Source of the DNA: Eledone cirrhosa
Lineage: Eukaryota
Assembly: GCA_964016885.1 (NCBI GenBank)
Contig: OZ024750.1
Span: 36,580,001-36,644,000 of the forward strand
Direction: 5' to 3'
Length of the DNA stretch: 64,000 nucleotides
The translations under genes and the position numbers were made by a program. The notes beneath the pieces were generated by a model that had not been told where the DNA came from, did no database searches, and saw only the letters and a program-made list of their open reading frames with translations. Below are positions 50,577 to 63,670 of the stretch, in pieces. How positions within the stretch are numbered: the first letter of the stretch is position 1; each line of letters opens with the position of its first letter.

Positions 50577-52740
50577 TGACAGGTATACTTTGCAAGAAGG
50601 GAAACAGAGGATAGAAAGTTCAAGCATATTCTACAACACGAGGACCAAAAACGTGAGGTGTTCAGGATTGCGAGACAATGTGTCAAGGAAAACTGTGATA
50701 TTGCCAGGGAGAAGTGTGTCCATAATGACGATGGTGTACTTGCCCTCACTGATACTGATAAGAAGGTAGCTTGGAAGTGTCATTAAGAGAGACTACTGAA
50801 TGTGGAGAATGAATGGAATAAAGATAGTCTGCCCCACATCGATCCAACAGAAGGACCAGCTGTCCAAGTTAAAGGTAGTGTAGTAAGTAAGGCAATTTAA
50901 CATATGAAGACAGGCAAGGCAGCTGGGCCTTCGGAGATAGTTGCTGAGATGTTGAAAGCATCTGGAATGGTGGGATATACTATGGTCACCCAGGTAGTAA
51001 ACCAAGTAATACGGAATGGGGTCATACCAAACGACTGGCGTAGGAGCATCATCGTCAACTGTTACTAGGGTAAAGAAGATGCCCTAGATAGAGGAAACTA
51101 TAGAGACATTAAATTAGTTGACCAGGTCATGAAGGTCACAGAAAGAGTTCTTATTCAACTGATTAGAGATCGAATTGATCTAGATGAAATGTTTGGGTTT
51201 GTGCCAGGTAAAAATACCATGGATGCTCTTTTTCTTGTATGGCAACTACAGGAGAAGTACCTAGTTAAAAGTAAACCCCTCTACTTAGCTTTTGTTGACT
51301 TGGAGAAAGCTTTTGACAGAGTCCCCAGCTCCTTAATCTGGTGGGCTATTAGAAAACTAGGAGTAGATGAGTGGCTTGTGAGAGCTATACAAGCCATGTA
51401 TAGAGGAACAGTCAGCAAGGTTAGATTTAACAATAAATATAGTGAAGAATTTAGTATAAAAGTAGGTGTTCACCAAGGCTCCATCCTTAGTCCCCCTCCT
51501 GTTTATTATTGTCCAACAGGTTATAACAGAAGAGTTTAAGACTGACTGCCCATGGGAACTTCTATATGTAGATAATCTAACTCTCATAGCTGAATCTATG
51601 GCTGAACTTGAGAAGAAATTCCAAACATGGAAGCATGGCCTAGAATCAACAGGCCTTAAAGTTAACTTGTCTAAGACTAAAGTTCTAGTATGTAAAAAGG
51701 AAAATAGGGCACAGGTCCCCTCTGGGAAATTGCTATGGTCAGTGTGTAAGAAGGGAGTAGGTAGAAATTACATTCTATGCCCCAAATGCAAACTATAAGT
51801 ACATAAAAGATGTAGTGGGATCACAGGCAAGCTATCTAAGAATGTAGATTTTTATATGTGGCCGATGCTCAGGGGCAGTAAGTAGCAAGGACCCACTGGA
51901 TGATATCTCCTTCAACTACCTAGATGGTTCTATAGAAATAGTAGACACTTTTTGTTACCTGGGTGATAAAATCAGCAATGGAGCGGGTTGTTCTGAAAGT
52001 ACTGTATCCAGAGTTAGAGCGGGAGGAAAAAAGTTCAGAGATCTAATACTGCTGTTGGCCACAAGGGTTTTTTCTCTAAAAATGAAAGGCAGATTGTATG
52101 ATGCTTGTATACAAACGGTGATATTATATGGTAGTGAGACCTGGGCATTGTGTGCAGAAGACTTGCATAGATTAGAAAGAAACGAAGCTTGCATACTCCG
52201 ATGGATGTGTAATAGAAATGTATGTGAACGGCAAAGCATAAACGAATTGAGAGAGAGACTAAGCATAAGAGGTATGAAATGTTGTGTTCTGGAGAGGAGA
52301 TTACATTGGTATGGCCATGTGATGCATATGAAGGACAATAGCTGTATTAAAAAGTGCAGAGTGATGAAAATTGATGGAAGCTATGGAGTGGGTAGACTAA
52401 GAAAAACCTGGGACGAGGTGATAAGACTGACCTTGCTCACTTACACCTCTCTAAGACAATGTCACTAGATTAAGATCTTTGGCGCTATGCAGTTATACAG
52501 AAGACCCGCCTTCCCTTGCATACAAACTTAAAGCTACAGTCAGTGGGCACCTCTTAACCCAATATACACCCCTACCCCATCCTCCCACTTCTGTCCATTG
52601 TAAAGTGGTTGTGTAAGTGACACAACAAAGAGCACCCAGTCCACACTGTAAATGTGTTTGGTGTTAGGAAGGGCATCCAGCCGTAGACAACCTGCCAGGA
52701 ACAGTTCTGTACAAGTGAGACATGGTCTCCCAACCCTTTT
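50577..52740 (+). mobile_element. RTE-B LINE, 5'-truncated and decayed (stops, frameshifts)
   Basis: Colinear with the reverse complement of about 3600-5790; RT and PHD remnants. Confidence 0.92.
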
Positions 52741-54098
52741 AAAACATTTATTTTTGGCACTTCTATCTTATTCTAGAAGTTAAACCTGTTAATTCTCACT
52801 TGATTATTTTTCATGTAAACGGGATCCCTGAGATATATATTCTTTAGGAAATTCTATTTTCCTATGCTAATCAATGATATTTTTGTATATTTATTAAGTG
52901 CTTCCTTCATTGCTCTGTCAGCAATAAGGGTGAAGGCTGTGTTTTTCTGATGAGGTCAGAATAAAATAGAAACATGTCAGAGGTTGTCTGCCTTACTTGT
53001 TAGAAAAAAAACATCAAGAGTAGTCATTACTAATATTGCTGTTTTTTTACTGCATAATTATTTTTACTTGTCCTTTCCAAAGCTCCCTATATTCACTCAT
53101 GGACAGTGCCTTTCATCCTGGCTAAGCAATAAAAACAATTGGCAATGTGCCACACAAATGTGTTTTTTTGTATATACAGTTTAATAGAAAAAAGAAAAAA
53201 ATTGGAAAAGGGAGGGAATGGCAAGGACTCGTATTAGCTAAAGTTGACTTTACTTCCCATTCCCAGGTTAATGAAATAATTTACAAAGATTCAATCTTAA
53301 AAATGTTGACCTTTTGCCAAACTTAAAATAATTACTTTTATTATCAATGTACCATGTTTAACTTCGATTTTGATCCTTTCAAATATTGGGTCAATTTAAT
53401 TGACTGTTCAATTTCCCCAAATTTAAGGCATTGTTCCAACATTAGAAACCATAGACAGATAGTAATGTTTGTAAGTTTGCAAAACAGAAACACATGTAAA
53501 AATAAAATATAGCCAATAAAATAAACTCCCTCACCAAAACTTCTCTTCCTATTAAGATATTATTAGAGTTTATTTCAAAACTTATTACAACAAATGTGTA
53601 TGAAAGTCATAAGAGAAAATGGTGCTCTATCATGGCTTTAGCTGTGATGTATAAATCAAACTAAAAAAATATAAAACAAAAAGGTAACTTACCTTCTACT
53701 AACAAGATGGTGGCCACGGAAATCCAAGCAATGTCATTAAGAGTTAATGTTAAAAAGTAAAAAGCTGACAGCTATCAAAGGCCAAGCTGTATAAATAGCT
53801 AAAGATAAGAAGTAGGAAAATCTGCAGCCATGGACTATATAGAAATTTAGCAAAGATTAAGATTGATGAAAAAAGTAGTTAAAGCAAGTGTAGGAATATA
53901 CAACTGTACAAAGTAATAATAACTGGTATTGTCATCAACCCATTGGTTTCATCATATGATTAATTTAGCCTTACATTAGCAACGATATTGAGAAATAAAG
54001 TGAGCCAGACTTTATAAAATATTTATATAATAAATAATAGACTGTATAGCTTTTGTAGGTATTATAAAAATAGATGATGTAAAGGAGAAGACATAGGG

Positions 54099-54313
54099 TT
54101 AACCTTTTAGCATTTAAACTGGCCATATCTCACCTCTTTCTCTTCAAACCAACCATAACCAGCCGCTCATACTGATGTTAATATATTGTTCTCAAAATGA
54201 ATAATATCAAAATCTCATTGATTCAATATTATGTGAGATAATTATGTGAAATAAAGTGTTTACTGTGAAAATACAATAGTAAATATAGAGTAATGTAAAT
54301 GTTAAAGGGTTAA
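54099..54313 (+). mobile_element. piggyBac-type MITE
   Basis: TTAA at both ends. Confidence 0.85.
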
Positions 54314-54582
54314 AGCTAAACAATATATATTGAAATTATATATGAGCATGGAATTAATAAACAGTGTGAAGGCATATAACCTAGTGGTTAAGGTGTTGGA
54401 TTTATGATCATAAGGTTGAGGCTTTGGTTCCTAGACACAGGGCGGTGCATTGTATTGTTGACCAAAACACTTAATTTTACATTGCTCCACTATATTCAGC
54501 TTTTTCTTTCTATTTATCCCCCATAACTTGTAATGTTCTGTCATCAGTCACCCTTGTAGCAAGAGTAAATACATTACTAACA

Positions 54583-55045
54583 TCATCATCATCATCATCA
54601 TCAACATCGTTTAACGTCCATGTTCCACGCTTGCATGGGTTTGGACGGGAGTTTTCCCACTTGAGGCAAGAGTGGTTGTCTTGCTCGCATAGGACTGTCT
54701 GGCGGGTTTTCTACAGCTGGATGCCCTTCCTAACACCAACCACATTTACAGTGTGGGACTGGGAGGTTTTTACCGTGTTGCCTACATGGCCACATTACAG
54801 CGTGGACTATCTGGCGGGTTTTCTACAGCTGGATGCCCTTCCTAACACCAACCACATTTACAGTGTGGGACTGGCCACATTACAGCGTGGACTGTGTGTT
54901 TTTTTGTCATGACACCTACACGACCTCATTTGTTTCAGGCTGGATATTGTGGCACCAACATAACTTTACATTGAAGGGGGTGGTGTGGATGGGGTGTAGG
55001 TAGGGGGACGGGGGTGTATTTTGTTAGAGGTGCCTACTGACTGTA
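54583..55045 (-). mobile_element. RTE-B 3' UTR
   Basis: Matches 3346-3825. Confidence 0.88.
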
Positions 55046-55136
55046 TAATTATTTACAGGAAAAACCCACTTTGTCTCATTCTGTGACATCTTTAATATTT
55101 TCTTGATGAAAAGAAATCATTATTATCATTATTATT

Positions 55137-55762
55137 AGGGCAGTGGATTGGTAGTATCGGTAGAGGGTCAGACCCATGTTTTTCAGCATAGATTTATGGC
55201 CCTTTATGTTCTGAGTTCAATCCTGCCGAAGTTAACTTTGCCTTTCATCCTTACAGGGTCCATTGGGATCAATTTAATCGACTTTCTTCTCCCCCAAAAT
55301 TCTTGGCCTTGTGCCTATAGTAGAAGCCAACAGAAGAAACAATTATTAGGGTAGTGGATTGGCAGTATCGCTAGAGCATCAGACACCATGGTTTTCAGCA
55401 TAGAGTTATGGCCCTTTACGTTCTAAGTTCAAATCCTGCTGAGGTTAGCTTTGCCTTTTATCCTTATGGGGTCAATAAAATAAAGTACCAGTAACACAGT
55501 GGGGTTGAATATTAAATAACTTTCCCCTCTCCCAAAATCGTTGGCCTTGTGCCTAAATCAGAAACCATTATTATGTGGATTGGCTGTATTGGTAGAGTGT
55601 CGGATGCCATGCTTTGATGCATAGAGTTACGGCCCTTGCCATTCTGAGTTCAAATCCCGCCGAGGTTAACTTTACCTTTCATCCTTACGGGGTAGATAAA
55701 ATAAAGTACCAGTAATACACTGGGTAATTGCTGGCCTTGTGCCTAACGTAGAAACCATTATT
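55137..55762 (+). mobile_element. Three head-to-tail SINE-M copies
   Basis: Three Meta-like cores separated by (ATT)n. Confidence 0.82.
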
Positions 55763-55769
55763 ATTTGAA

Positions 55770-56679
55770 CTAGCAGAAAAACTGCCTTCAGGTAGTTTTC
55801 TGCAAGTATGTGTAGTGTGTATATTGATATTATACACAAGTATATATACAAGTATATATACATGTAGATATGACACATCAAATAAAATCGCTATTGAGAA
55901 TAAGCACAGAAATTGAAGAGAGACTGTGTTACACGCTCTTCTGTAATCAGTAAAGTAATCCATGATACAATTAAAAAAGATGATATTATATATAAACTGC
56001 ATTACAGTGAAATATAAGGAAAACCCAAAAAGGAGAAAATAAGCAACAGAAAATATCATAACCGGAAGTGTTGACATTTGAAAATTTTAAAAGAAGTGAA
56101 TCTTAAAAATAAGCAATCATTATATATAAGAATGGCGGTAGATTGGCAGTATCGGTGGAGGGTCGGACGCCATGCTTTCCAGCATAGTTACGTCCCTTTA
56201 CGATCTGAGTTCAAATCCCACCGAGGTTGACTTTGCCTTTCATCCTTACGGGGTTGATAAAATAAAGTACCAGTAATGCACTGGGTAATTGCTGGCCTTG
56301 TGCCTAAAGTAGAAACAATTATATATAAGAATGGATTGGCAGTACCGGTAGAGGGTCGGACGCCATGCTTTGATGTATAGAGTTAGTGCCCTTGCCATTC
56401 TGAGTTCAAATCCCACCGAGGTTAACTTTGCCTTTCATCCTTACGGGGTCGATAAAATAAAGTACCAGTAATGAACTGGTTAATTGTTGGCCCTGTGCCT
56501 AAAGTAGAAACAATTATATATAAGAATATTTATGTTTTATCAACAGCTACGAAATTTAGTAGATAAATTATGTAATATTCATTCATTATTTATTCAAAGT
56601 AAGCCAACTTATTTTACTAATGGGATAAAATAATATATTCAGGACACAGTCCCACACTCATCCCCTTATAATATTATGA
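55770..56679 (-). mobile_element. Non-autonomous Helitron with two SINE-M insertions (56134-56512)
   Basis: A|CTAG with hairpin at left, GA|T at right; homolog of 46899-47706. Confidence 0.75.
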
Positions 56680-56865
56680 TTGGCAGTATCAGTAGAGGGT
56701 TGGACGCCATGCTTTGCAGCATAGAGTTATGGTCCCTTTACGGTCTGAGTTCAAATCCCGCTGAGGTTAACTTTGCCTTTCATCCTTGTGGAGTCAATAA
56801 AATAAAGTACCAGTAATGCACTGGGATAATTGCTGGCCTTGTGCTGAAAGTAGAAACAATTATTA
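56680..56865 (+). mobile_element. SINE-M copy
   Basis: Meta-like core. Confidence 0.8.
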
Positions 56866-56880
56866 TTGTTAGTTGATTTT

Positions 56881-57096
56881 TTAACCCTTTAGCCTTTAAA
56901 CCAGCCGTATCTGGCCAGAATTCTCTCACCTCTTTCTGTTCAAACAAGCCATAACTGGCCAGTCATACTGATGTTAAGGTATTGTTCTCAAAATGAATAA
57001 TATCAAAATCTCATAGATTTGATATTATGTGAGGTCAAGCCTTTAGCACAAAAGTACTATAGTAAATATAGAGTAATGTAAATGTTAAAGGGTTAA
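56881..57096 (+). mobile_element. piggyBac-type MITE
   Basis: TTAA-CCCTTTAG ... AAAGGG-TTAA. Confidence 0.87.
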
Positions 57097-57699
57097 ATAA
57101 ATTGATGCGTAATAAAATTGGTGTTGATTGTATCAACTGTATTGTTAAGCAATAAATTCAATATTTAGATTTGAGCATTCTAGAGTCTTAATAGAATTCC
57201 CACAATCATTATAGAAAATTGATACAATCAAGGATTCCTGTATTTTGAATATTTCATGTCTTATTTATAATGGTTTTTAACAAGTTAGCTCATCCTAACA
57301 TGTATGCATTCCTGTGCCAAGGATGAGATAACTCATCCTAACATGTTTGAACTCATTTCCAACAGTTCTTAACTTCATAGCTAGATGGAGTTACTAGTTT
57401 ATTGATGTGATGTTTGTCTATCATTCAGATATGTATTGTTAATAAATGTTTGTTTTAAAAAATAGTCATTTTACTGAAGAAGAAAAAAACAGCACAGCAA
57501 CTGTTGCTGTGTAAAATAAACACAGCAGTCAACAGGTTAAGTCTGAACACAACAGCACAAAAGGATATAGCTCATTAATGTCAATATTTATTTAGTACTG
57601 TTTTATGAAGGACGGGGACTGAAATTGATTTAACCTCAGTGAGAATAGAACTCAGAACATAAAGTAATAAAACTAAGAATATTTTCTGTGTTTGTAACA

Positions 57700-57890
57700 T
57701 ATATACATATACACCAGGCTCGAACACAAAGGAACCAAACTCCCACTGTCATTACCTCTGTCTTTCCCGCTCTCCCCATCCCTCCTATTATGTGCAAATG
57801 AAGGTCCATGTGCTGGCCTCCCCGCGGCCCAGGTGGACAGAATAAAGAAGGCATTTCCCGAGAGGATGGTGAGGGAGACATATCACTATG
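57700..57890 (+). repeat. Repeat family X copy
   Basis: gaacacaaaggaaccaaactcccactgtc is the reverse complement of about 22135-22165. Confidence 0.65.
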
Positions 57891-58322
57891 TGACACTTTA
57901 CCTGATATATTACTAATTCTACCATACAGTCCTCCTTATATATATATTTATATTGATCATTTCAATTACATTATATTGCTTTGCAGTAGTAAGAAAGTAT
58001 TTCACTCTTCCAGTCTTTATATTTAATTTCTTTATGCTACTTATATCTTGGCATGAAATACTTTTCATGATATTTCGTTTCCAAACTTGCATTCTATTAA
58101 ATATCATTTCTACTTTATTTTTCTCCCCTACTTCAACTATTCACCGCCCAATCTCCAGCAGTTCATGAACTCCTACACAAATGAATGAAGAGTTTTGTAA
58201 TTTTCCATCTGCATTCTGAATAAATAGAAAATTTACTTTTTCTCTCAAAAGGATTGTTCTTTGATAAAATCAACACCTATAATATTTAAATTTAGATAAA
58301 ACTAAATCCTATACAGTAGTAA

Positions 58323-58670
58323 ATAATTGTTTCTACTTTTGGCACAAGGCCAGCAATTACCCAGTACATTACTGGTACTTTATTTTATCGATCCCGTAAG
58401 GATGAAAGGCAAAGTTAACCTTGGCAGGATTTTAACTCAGACCATAAAGGGCAGTAACTCTTTGCTGCAAAGCATGGCGTCCGACCCTCTACCGATACTG
58501 CCAATCCACCTACAGTACTAAATAATGCGCTCTGATTTAGGCATTAGGGCAATAAATTTGGGGATGAAAGGCTAGGCTAAACTCGAGAGGATTTAAAAGA
58601 ATGTAAATGGCCATAACTCCATGCTGCATAGCATGGTGTCCAATGCTCTACCGATACTGCTAATTCACAA
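58323..58670 (-). mobile_element. SINE-M copies
   Basis: Meta-like core plus a second partial copy. Confidence 0.75.
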
Positions 58671-59769
58671 ATAATAAAATATTTGCAGCTTCAAAGTCAT
58701 TCTTATATTTTGAGAGTTTTCAATATTGCTACAATGAATAGCAATGCTTTCCTCAATGAGTTGAGTACCTGATAAAAAATCTACCACCTCTTTTGGCCCA
58801 ACAAAGAGTCAAATAACAAACTAAACTGCACAACCAGTTGCAAAAAAGTCTAGTCCTTGAAATGGTGAAGGTTCAGAGCATTTGATGTTGTAAAAGTGGA
58901 CACCCCCTGGGAAGTAAAAGCCTGAAAAGATAAAAGATACTTGGTTTAGAATTTCTTAAGACAAGTTGAGATAAATGAGTTTATGATAAGGCAAAATCAC
59001 AGGGAGTTTTTACAGAATGGTCTGAATGTTATTGAAACATCAAGGCCATATTTTCAAAATAGATTAAGAAATCAAAAAAATGATGTATTTGAAGATACAT
59101 ATTATTTGTTTAGTGGTGCAATGCAAACTCAAATTGTAAATTGCCATATACTAATGAATGTAAAAATAACATTTATTTTTCTTCTTAAGATCATGATATT
59201 GAGCTCCAGAGGCTAGTACAGAAATAGTCTTGCTTACAAAGCTGCAATCAAAGAAATGGCTTTCAGCTCTATTCCTTTCACCATATTTTCACAAAATGAC
59301 AGAAAATAACAACACAAACATGATTCAATTCACTTATTTTTAATCACTATCATTATTATTTTTTTAACTGATGCAAGAAACTGGTAAATTAAAAACAAAA
59401 CAAAAAAAAAATTAGAATAAATTTTTCTAGAAAAATGAAAACTAGGTTTTAATGGTTGTTTTAGATTACAAATTGGCAAATCTAAAAGAAAAAAAAGTAT
59501 CAATTATTAAATGAACATTTTTCTTGATGAACAGGAAATTGTAATAAAATAGATTTTTAGTGTTTGTCATCAATTTTTTGAAAAAATTCTCTATGGCGAG
59601 CAATTAGACGGTTTGAATATTGAAAATTAGAATTTTGTTCAAGAAAGTTGAATGCTTTTGTAGCATCCAATTTAGTCAATTTTGTACTCACTATTTTAAT
59701 TTAGTGTTTATGTTTATATATAGCAGTGAGTTGGGGTGTTTTACATAAAAATCATTTAACTTTAACATT

Positions 59770-60959
59770 AATAAATAACAATCAAAGTCTCCAATAAGGG
59801 GGAACGTTACTGCGGGGTTGTTTTACATCACGTATAAAAAAACAAGCATCAACACCATGAAGGAACACGTTTTGTAGGTGTTCCCGTCTTCCCTATTTTT
59901 GTCTTCCTCAACCTACACGTTTATAAACAGAGAAAGACCACTCACTCGGGCCATTTCTGCCACATTCACCCACCTTTCAGCAAATTTACTGGGGTCTAGC
60001 ACCTCTCTCTCCACTCTCACCTTCCTTCTGAAGTGGTATTTAACCCTTTAGCATTCACATTACTCTATATATACTATTATATTTTCATGGTAAATGCTTT
60101 ACCTCACATAATTATCTCGCATAATATCGAATCTATGAGATTTTGAAAGTATTTATTTTGAGAACAATACCTTAACATCAGTTTGAGTGACCAGTTACAG
60201 CCAGTTTCAACAGAAAGAGGTAGAAAATTCTGGCCGGTTTTGGCCGGTTTGAACATTAAAAGGTTAAAGAAGAGGATGAGTTGTTGTTCGGAGAAGAAGG
60301 TGTTTGCTCTCAGTCCTTTCAACCTCGCCCACCATATTACCTCTTTCGCTATAGCCAACAGACAGAAGAAAACCTCCTCTCTTTCATTCTTAAATTTCTT
60401 AAATGAAGGCGGCGGGGTTATCCTCATGATGGACTCGGCTGACAACTGGATGCATCCCACATGTGATGGTAGCTGTTTGATAGGTCAGTTACCCCTGGGC
60501 ACTGAACAATTGCGTGTAGAAGGGTTTCAATGTCCTGCTTACATCTTGGACAGGTCATTTTGGCAGGATTCTTGCCAGGGCGTCCGTGCCTGTAGATTTT
60601 GTTTTGAACTGGTAGATCTCCTCGGTAGCACTGCCAGGCCAGAGACCTCTGGAAGTGATCCCTAGACCCTTGACGGAAAGTCGTCCCAAACAGACTGGCC
60701 AGTTCAATGCCTAGAGTCATCCCAAGAATGTTGTCACACTTATCCTCCACTAATCCTCTACAGAATGTCTACTTGGAGTCTCTGCTGATTGCCGTGTTCG
60801 CTTGGTAGAGGGCTGTGAGTGCCTTCAGGCACTTGAGGTGCCAGGGGCCCATTTTGGTTCTTTGCTTGACCCAGGACTGCAGCTCTGTTAGCGAGACAAA
60901 AGAAATTTTGTTATTGCTGCTGCTGCTGTTGCTGCTGCTGCTGTTGCTGCTGCTGCTGT

Positions 60960-60994
<35 letters not shown>

Positions 60995-61006
60995 GTGGTC
61001 TCATTC

Positions 61007-61039
<33 letters not shown>

Positions 61040-61086
61040 CTCATTGTTGTTGTTGTTGGTGGTGGTGGTGGTGGTCTCATTCATTG

Positions 61087-61118
<32 letters not shown>

Positions 61119-61540
61119 CTCATTGTTGTTGTTGTTGTTGCTGTGGTTGTTGTTGTTGTTGTTGGTGGTGGTGGTAGTGGTCTCATTTGTTGTGTGTTGC
61201 TGATTCCTTTTATTGTATTGTTGTTGTTCTCGTTCATTGTGTTGTTGTTGTTGTTGTCGTTGGTGGTGTTGGTGGTGTTATTTTTGTTGCTTTTTGTTAG
61301 ACATTCTTCCTTTTGTGTGTGGATATGCGTGTTGTTTGTTTGTGCCCGGTTTGTTGCCATGGCAACATTTGTCATGACATCACTAGTTTTTAGCGGCTTG
61401 TAAGCAGGCAAAGAAATTGGTCCCGCTTCCCCCTTACCATATTCTTGTGAAGGTACCATTTCTTTGGCTATTTTGGGGAATTGGCATCAATCGGCATGCT
61501 AGTAGAAGGCATAATGTCTTCTTTTACGCTCCTCTTTCCA
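59770..61540 (-). mobile_element. Internally deleted L1/Tx1-like LINE (ORF1 start, microsatellite, ORF2 C-terminal zinc finger)
   Basis: SLAWQCYRGDLPV..CPRCKQDIETLLHAIVQCP (zf-RVT-like); AKEVIWWAR; FAERW. Confidence 0.75.
60040..60267 (-). mobile_element. piggyBac-type MITE inserted in the Tx1 ORF2
   Basis: TTAA duplicated; removing it restores LILFFKYHFRRKVRVERE. Confidence 0.9.
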
Positions 61541-61542
61541 AG

Positions 61543-61762
61543 AGTGAAGGCGTGTGGCTGAGTGGTTAGAGAATTGGATTCGCAATCGTGAGGTTGTGAG
61601 TTCAATTCCTGGACCGGGCGATGCGTTATGTCCTTGAGCAAGACATTTTATTTCACGTTGCTCCTTCTACCTGGAGTTGCGACCGATAGATAGTATTAGC
61701 AATTGGAAAGATCAACGGAAACATTGTTTCCTCGGTCCGATTTGATGAAAGTCGATCGTTTT
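61543..61762 (+). mobile_element. SINE-C copy
   Basis: A box tggctgagtgg, B box gagttcaattcc, CORE-like motif, structured tail. Confidence 0.87.
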
Positions 61763-62044
61763 TTTCCAAGAGTGTTCTGTGTTTGTAAGGAAGGCAGTGT
61801 TTCTGTTGACATTTTTAAATTTTCACAGATAATATTTCTTTTCAATTTTCGAAATTTGAAAGTAAATTTTAGAGAAACCAACCCCCCCTGAAGTTTCAGG
61901 GTGTTGGTTTATCTTTAAAACAATGTAATAAAATTTACAAATATCAGATTTTCTACCAGAAAATTTAAACAAAAACTCACCAGCGAGCTATCACATGTCT
62001 ACCCGTGTAGTTGAGAAGATAGATAAACAAATATATATAGAGAA

Positions 62045-62170
62045 ATAAATCAGAATGGATACAGTAAAAACCTGTTAGATCATTACTCAATATTTGGGGT
62101 AGTAGAGTAAGTAATATAAAGAATTCGGGGCCCCAATGGCTGACTCCTGCTGTTTCAACAGCTAGTTCCA
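62045..62170 (-). mobile_element. Probable PLE pLTR fragment
   Basis: Homolog of 31665-31840. Confidence 0.45.
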
Positions 62171-62224
62171 AACTTAAAGAGAGATAAATAGATAGATAGA
62201 TAGATAGATAGATAGACAGATAAA

Positions 62225-62452
62225 TAGATATTCACATAAACATATATATATATCTGTATGTGTATGTGTGTGTATGTAAATCTATAGATATTCATATAAA
62301 CATATATATATATATCTGTATGTGTGTGTATGTAAATCTATAGATATTCATATAAACATATATATATATATCTGTATGTGTGTGTATGTAAATCTATAGA
62401 TATTCTTATAAACATATATATATATATCTGTATGTGTGTGTATGTAAATCTA
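62225..62452. repeat. ~57-bp tandem repeat x4
   Basis: tagatattcatataaacatata...tgtaaatcta. Confidence 0.9.
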
Positions 62453-62645
62453 TAAAGAGACCAAACATTGAGAAGAAGTTATAAATTCTCAGAGATGGCT
62501 GTCTACTTGAAAATCTTATTCAACATTTATTCTTGTTGGTTTCAGGTCAATAGTTGCATGTAATCAGGTTTCTGTGGCGGAGAAAGAGAAAACTATGAAG
62601 GAGAAATCCAATAAAAACAATTGTCAATTGAGTTTCTATTTTAGT

Positions 62646-62861
62646 TTAACCCATTACCATTTACATTACTCTATATATACTATTGTACTTTTCTGGTAAA
62701 GGCTTTACCTCACATAATATTGAATACATGAGATTTTGATATTCATTATTTTGAGAACAATACCTTAACATCAGTATTAGCAGCCAGTTACAGGTGGTTT
62801 AAACAGAAAGAGGTGAGAGAATTCTGGCCGGATTCAGATGGTTTAAATGCTAAAGGGTTAA
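62646..62861 (-). mobile_element. piggyBac-type MITE
   Basis: TTAA at both ends. Confidence 0.85.
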
Positions 62862-62876
62862 ATAATTGATATATAT

Positions 62877-63250
62877 GGAGGCACATGGCTTAGTGGTTAG
62901 AGCATTGGCCTTGCAATCGAAAGGTTGAGTTCAATTCTCAGACCGGGTGATGTGTTGTTTCCTTGAGCAAGACACTTTATTTCCCATTGCTCCAGTTTAC
63001 TAAGCTGTAGAAATGAGATGATAGGGACTGGGGTCCCTATCATCTCATTTCTACAGCTGAGGTCCCTATCATTCCACTGCAAAGTGGTCATGGAGGTGCC
63101 ACAGAAAAAAAGCACCCAGCACTCACTGTAAATGTGGTTGGTGTTAGGAAGGGCATCCAGCTGTAGAAATCAAGCCAGAATCAGTTCCCGTCCCACCCTT
63201 GCAAGCAGGGAAAAGCGGACGTAAAATGATGATGATGATGATGATGATGA
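62877..63250 (+). mobile_element. SINE-A copy with expanded internal hairpin
   Basis: Full-length match plus an inverted duplication at 63003-63058. Confidence 0.88.
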
Positions 63251-63423
63251 GCATCAAAAACCAATGAAATTTTAATTGTAGTTTCTCTGTAAGTCTGTAG
63301 TAAATTAAACACATCTGAAGATGGTTCATTGACCAGATACATCATTTGCCAATTAGAGAGAGGAACAATGTATTTAAGTTTTGAAACAGATAGAAACATC
63401 ACACAGTGATGTAATAGGAATGA

Positions 63424-63670
63424 TTTCTTCTTGTCATGTCCACAAGAGGGTCAGTTACAAAGCTTGGCTAGATGTGGTTCTGCCACAGCTGAACACATTG
63501 CTGTCCTTTCTCATTAAACTCTGCCAAGTCAAATGCTTTACAGGGGTGTTCCAGCAGGGGGCATATCAGGTGTTGTGTAGTCTGTGGTTCCTTGCCGCAG
63601 TCACACACAACATCCCCATCTTTTAAATATCCCTATTTTGCAAGAGTGACTTTTGCACGTCCAACAATAG
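63424..63670 (-). mobile_element. Vingi-like LINE 3' end
   Basis: CDCGKEPQTTQHLICPLLEHPCKAFDLAEFNEKG..W; GGACATGACAAGAAGAA tail; homologous to 880-1140. Confidence 0.78.

Noticed and set aside
53693-53835. Minus-strand exon ending at a strong AG|gtaagt donor
   Set aside because: Stops in all frames from the best acceptor; unsupported
57636-58026. GC-rich ORFs as a host exon
   Set aside because: The sequence is a copy of repeat family X
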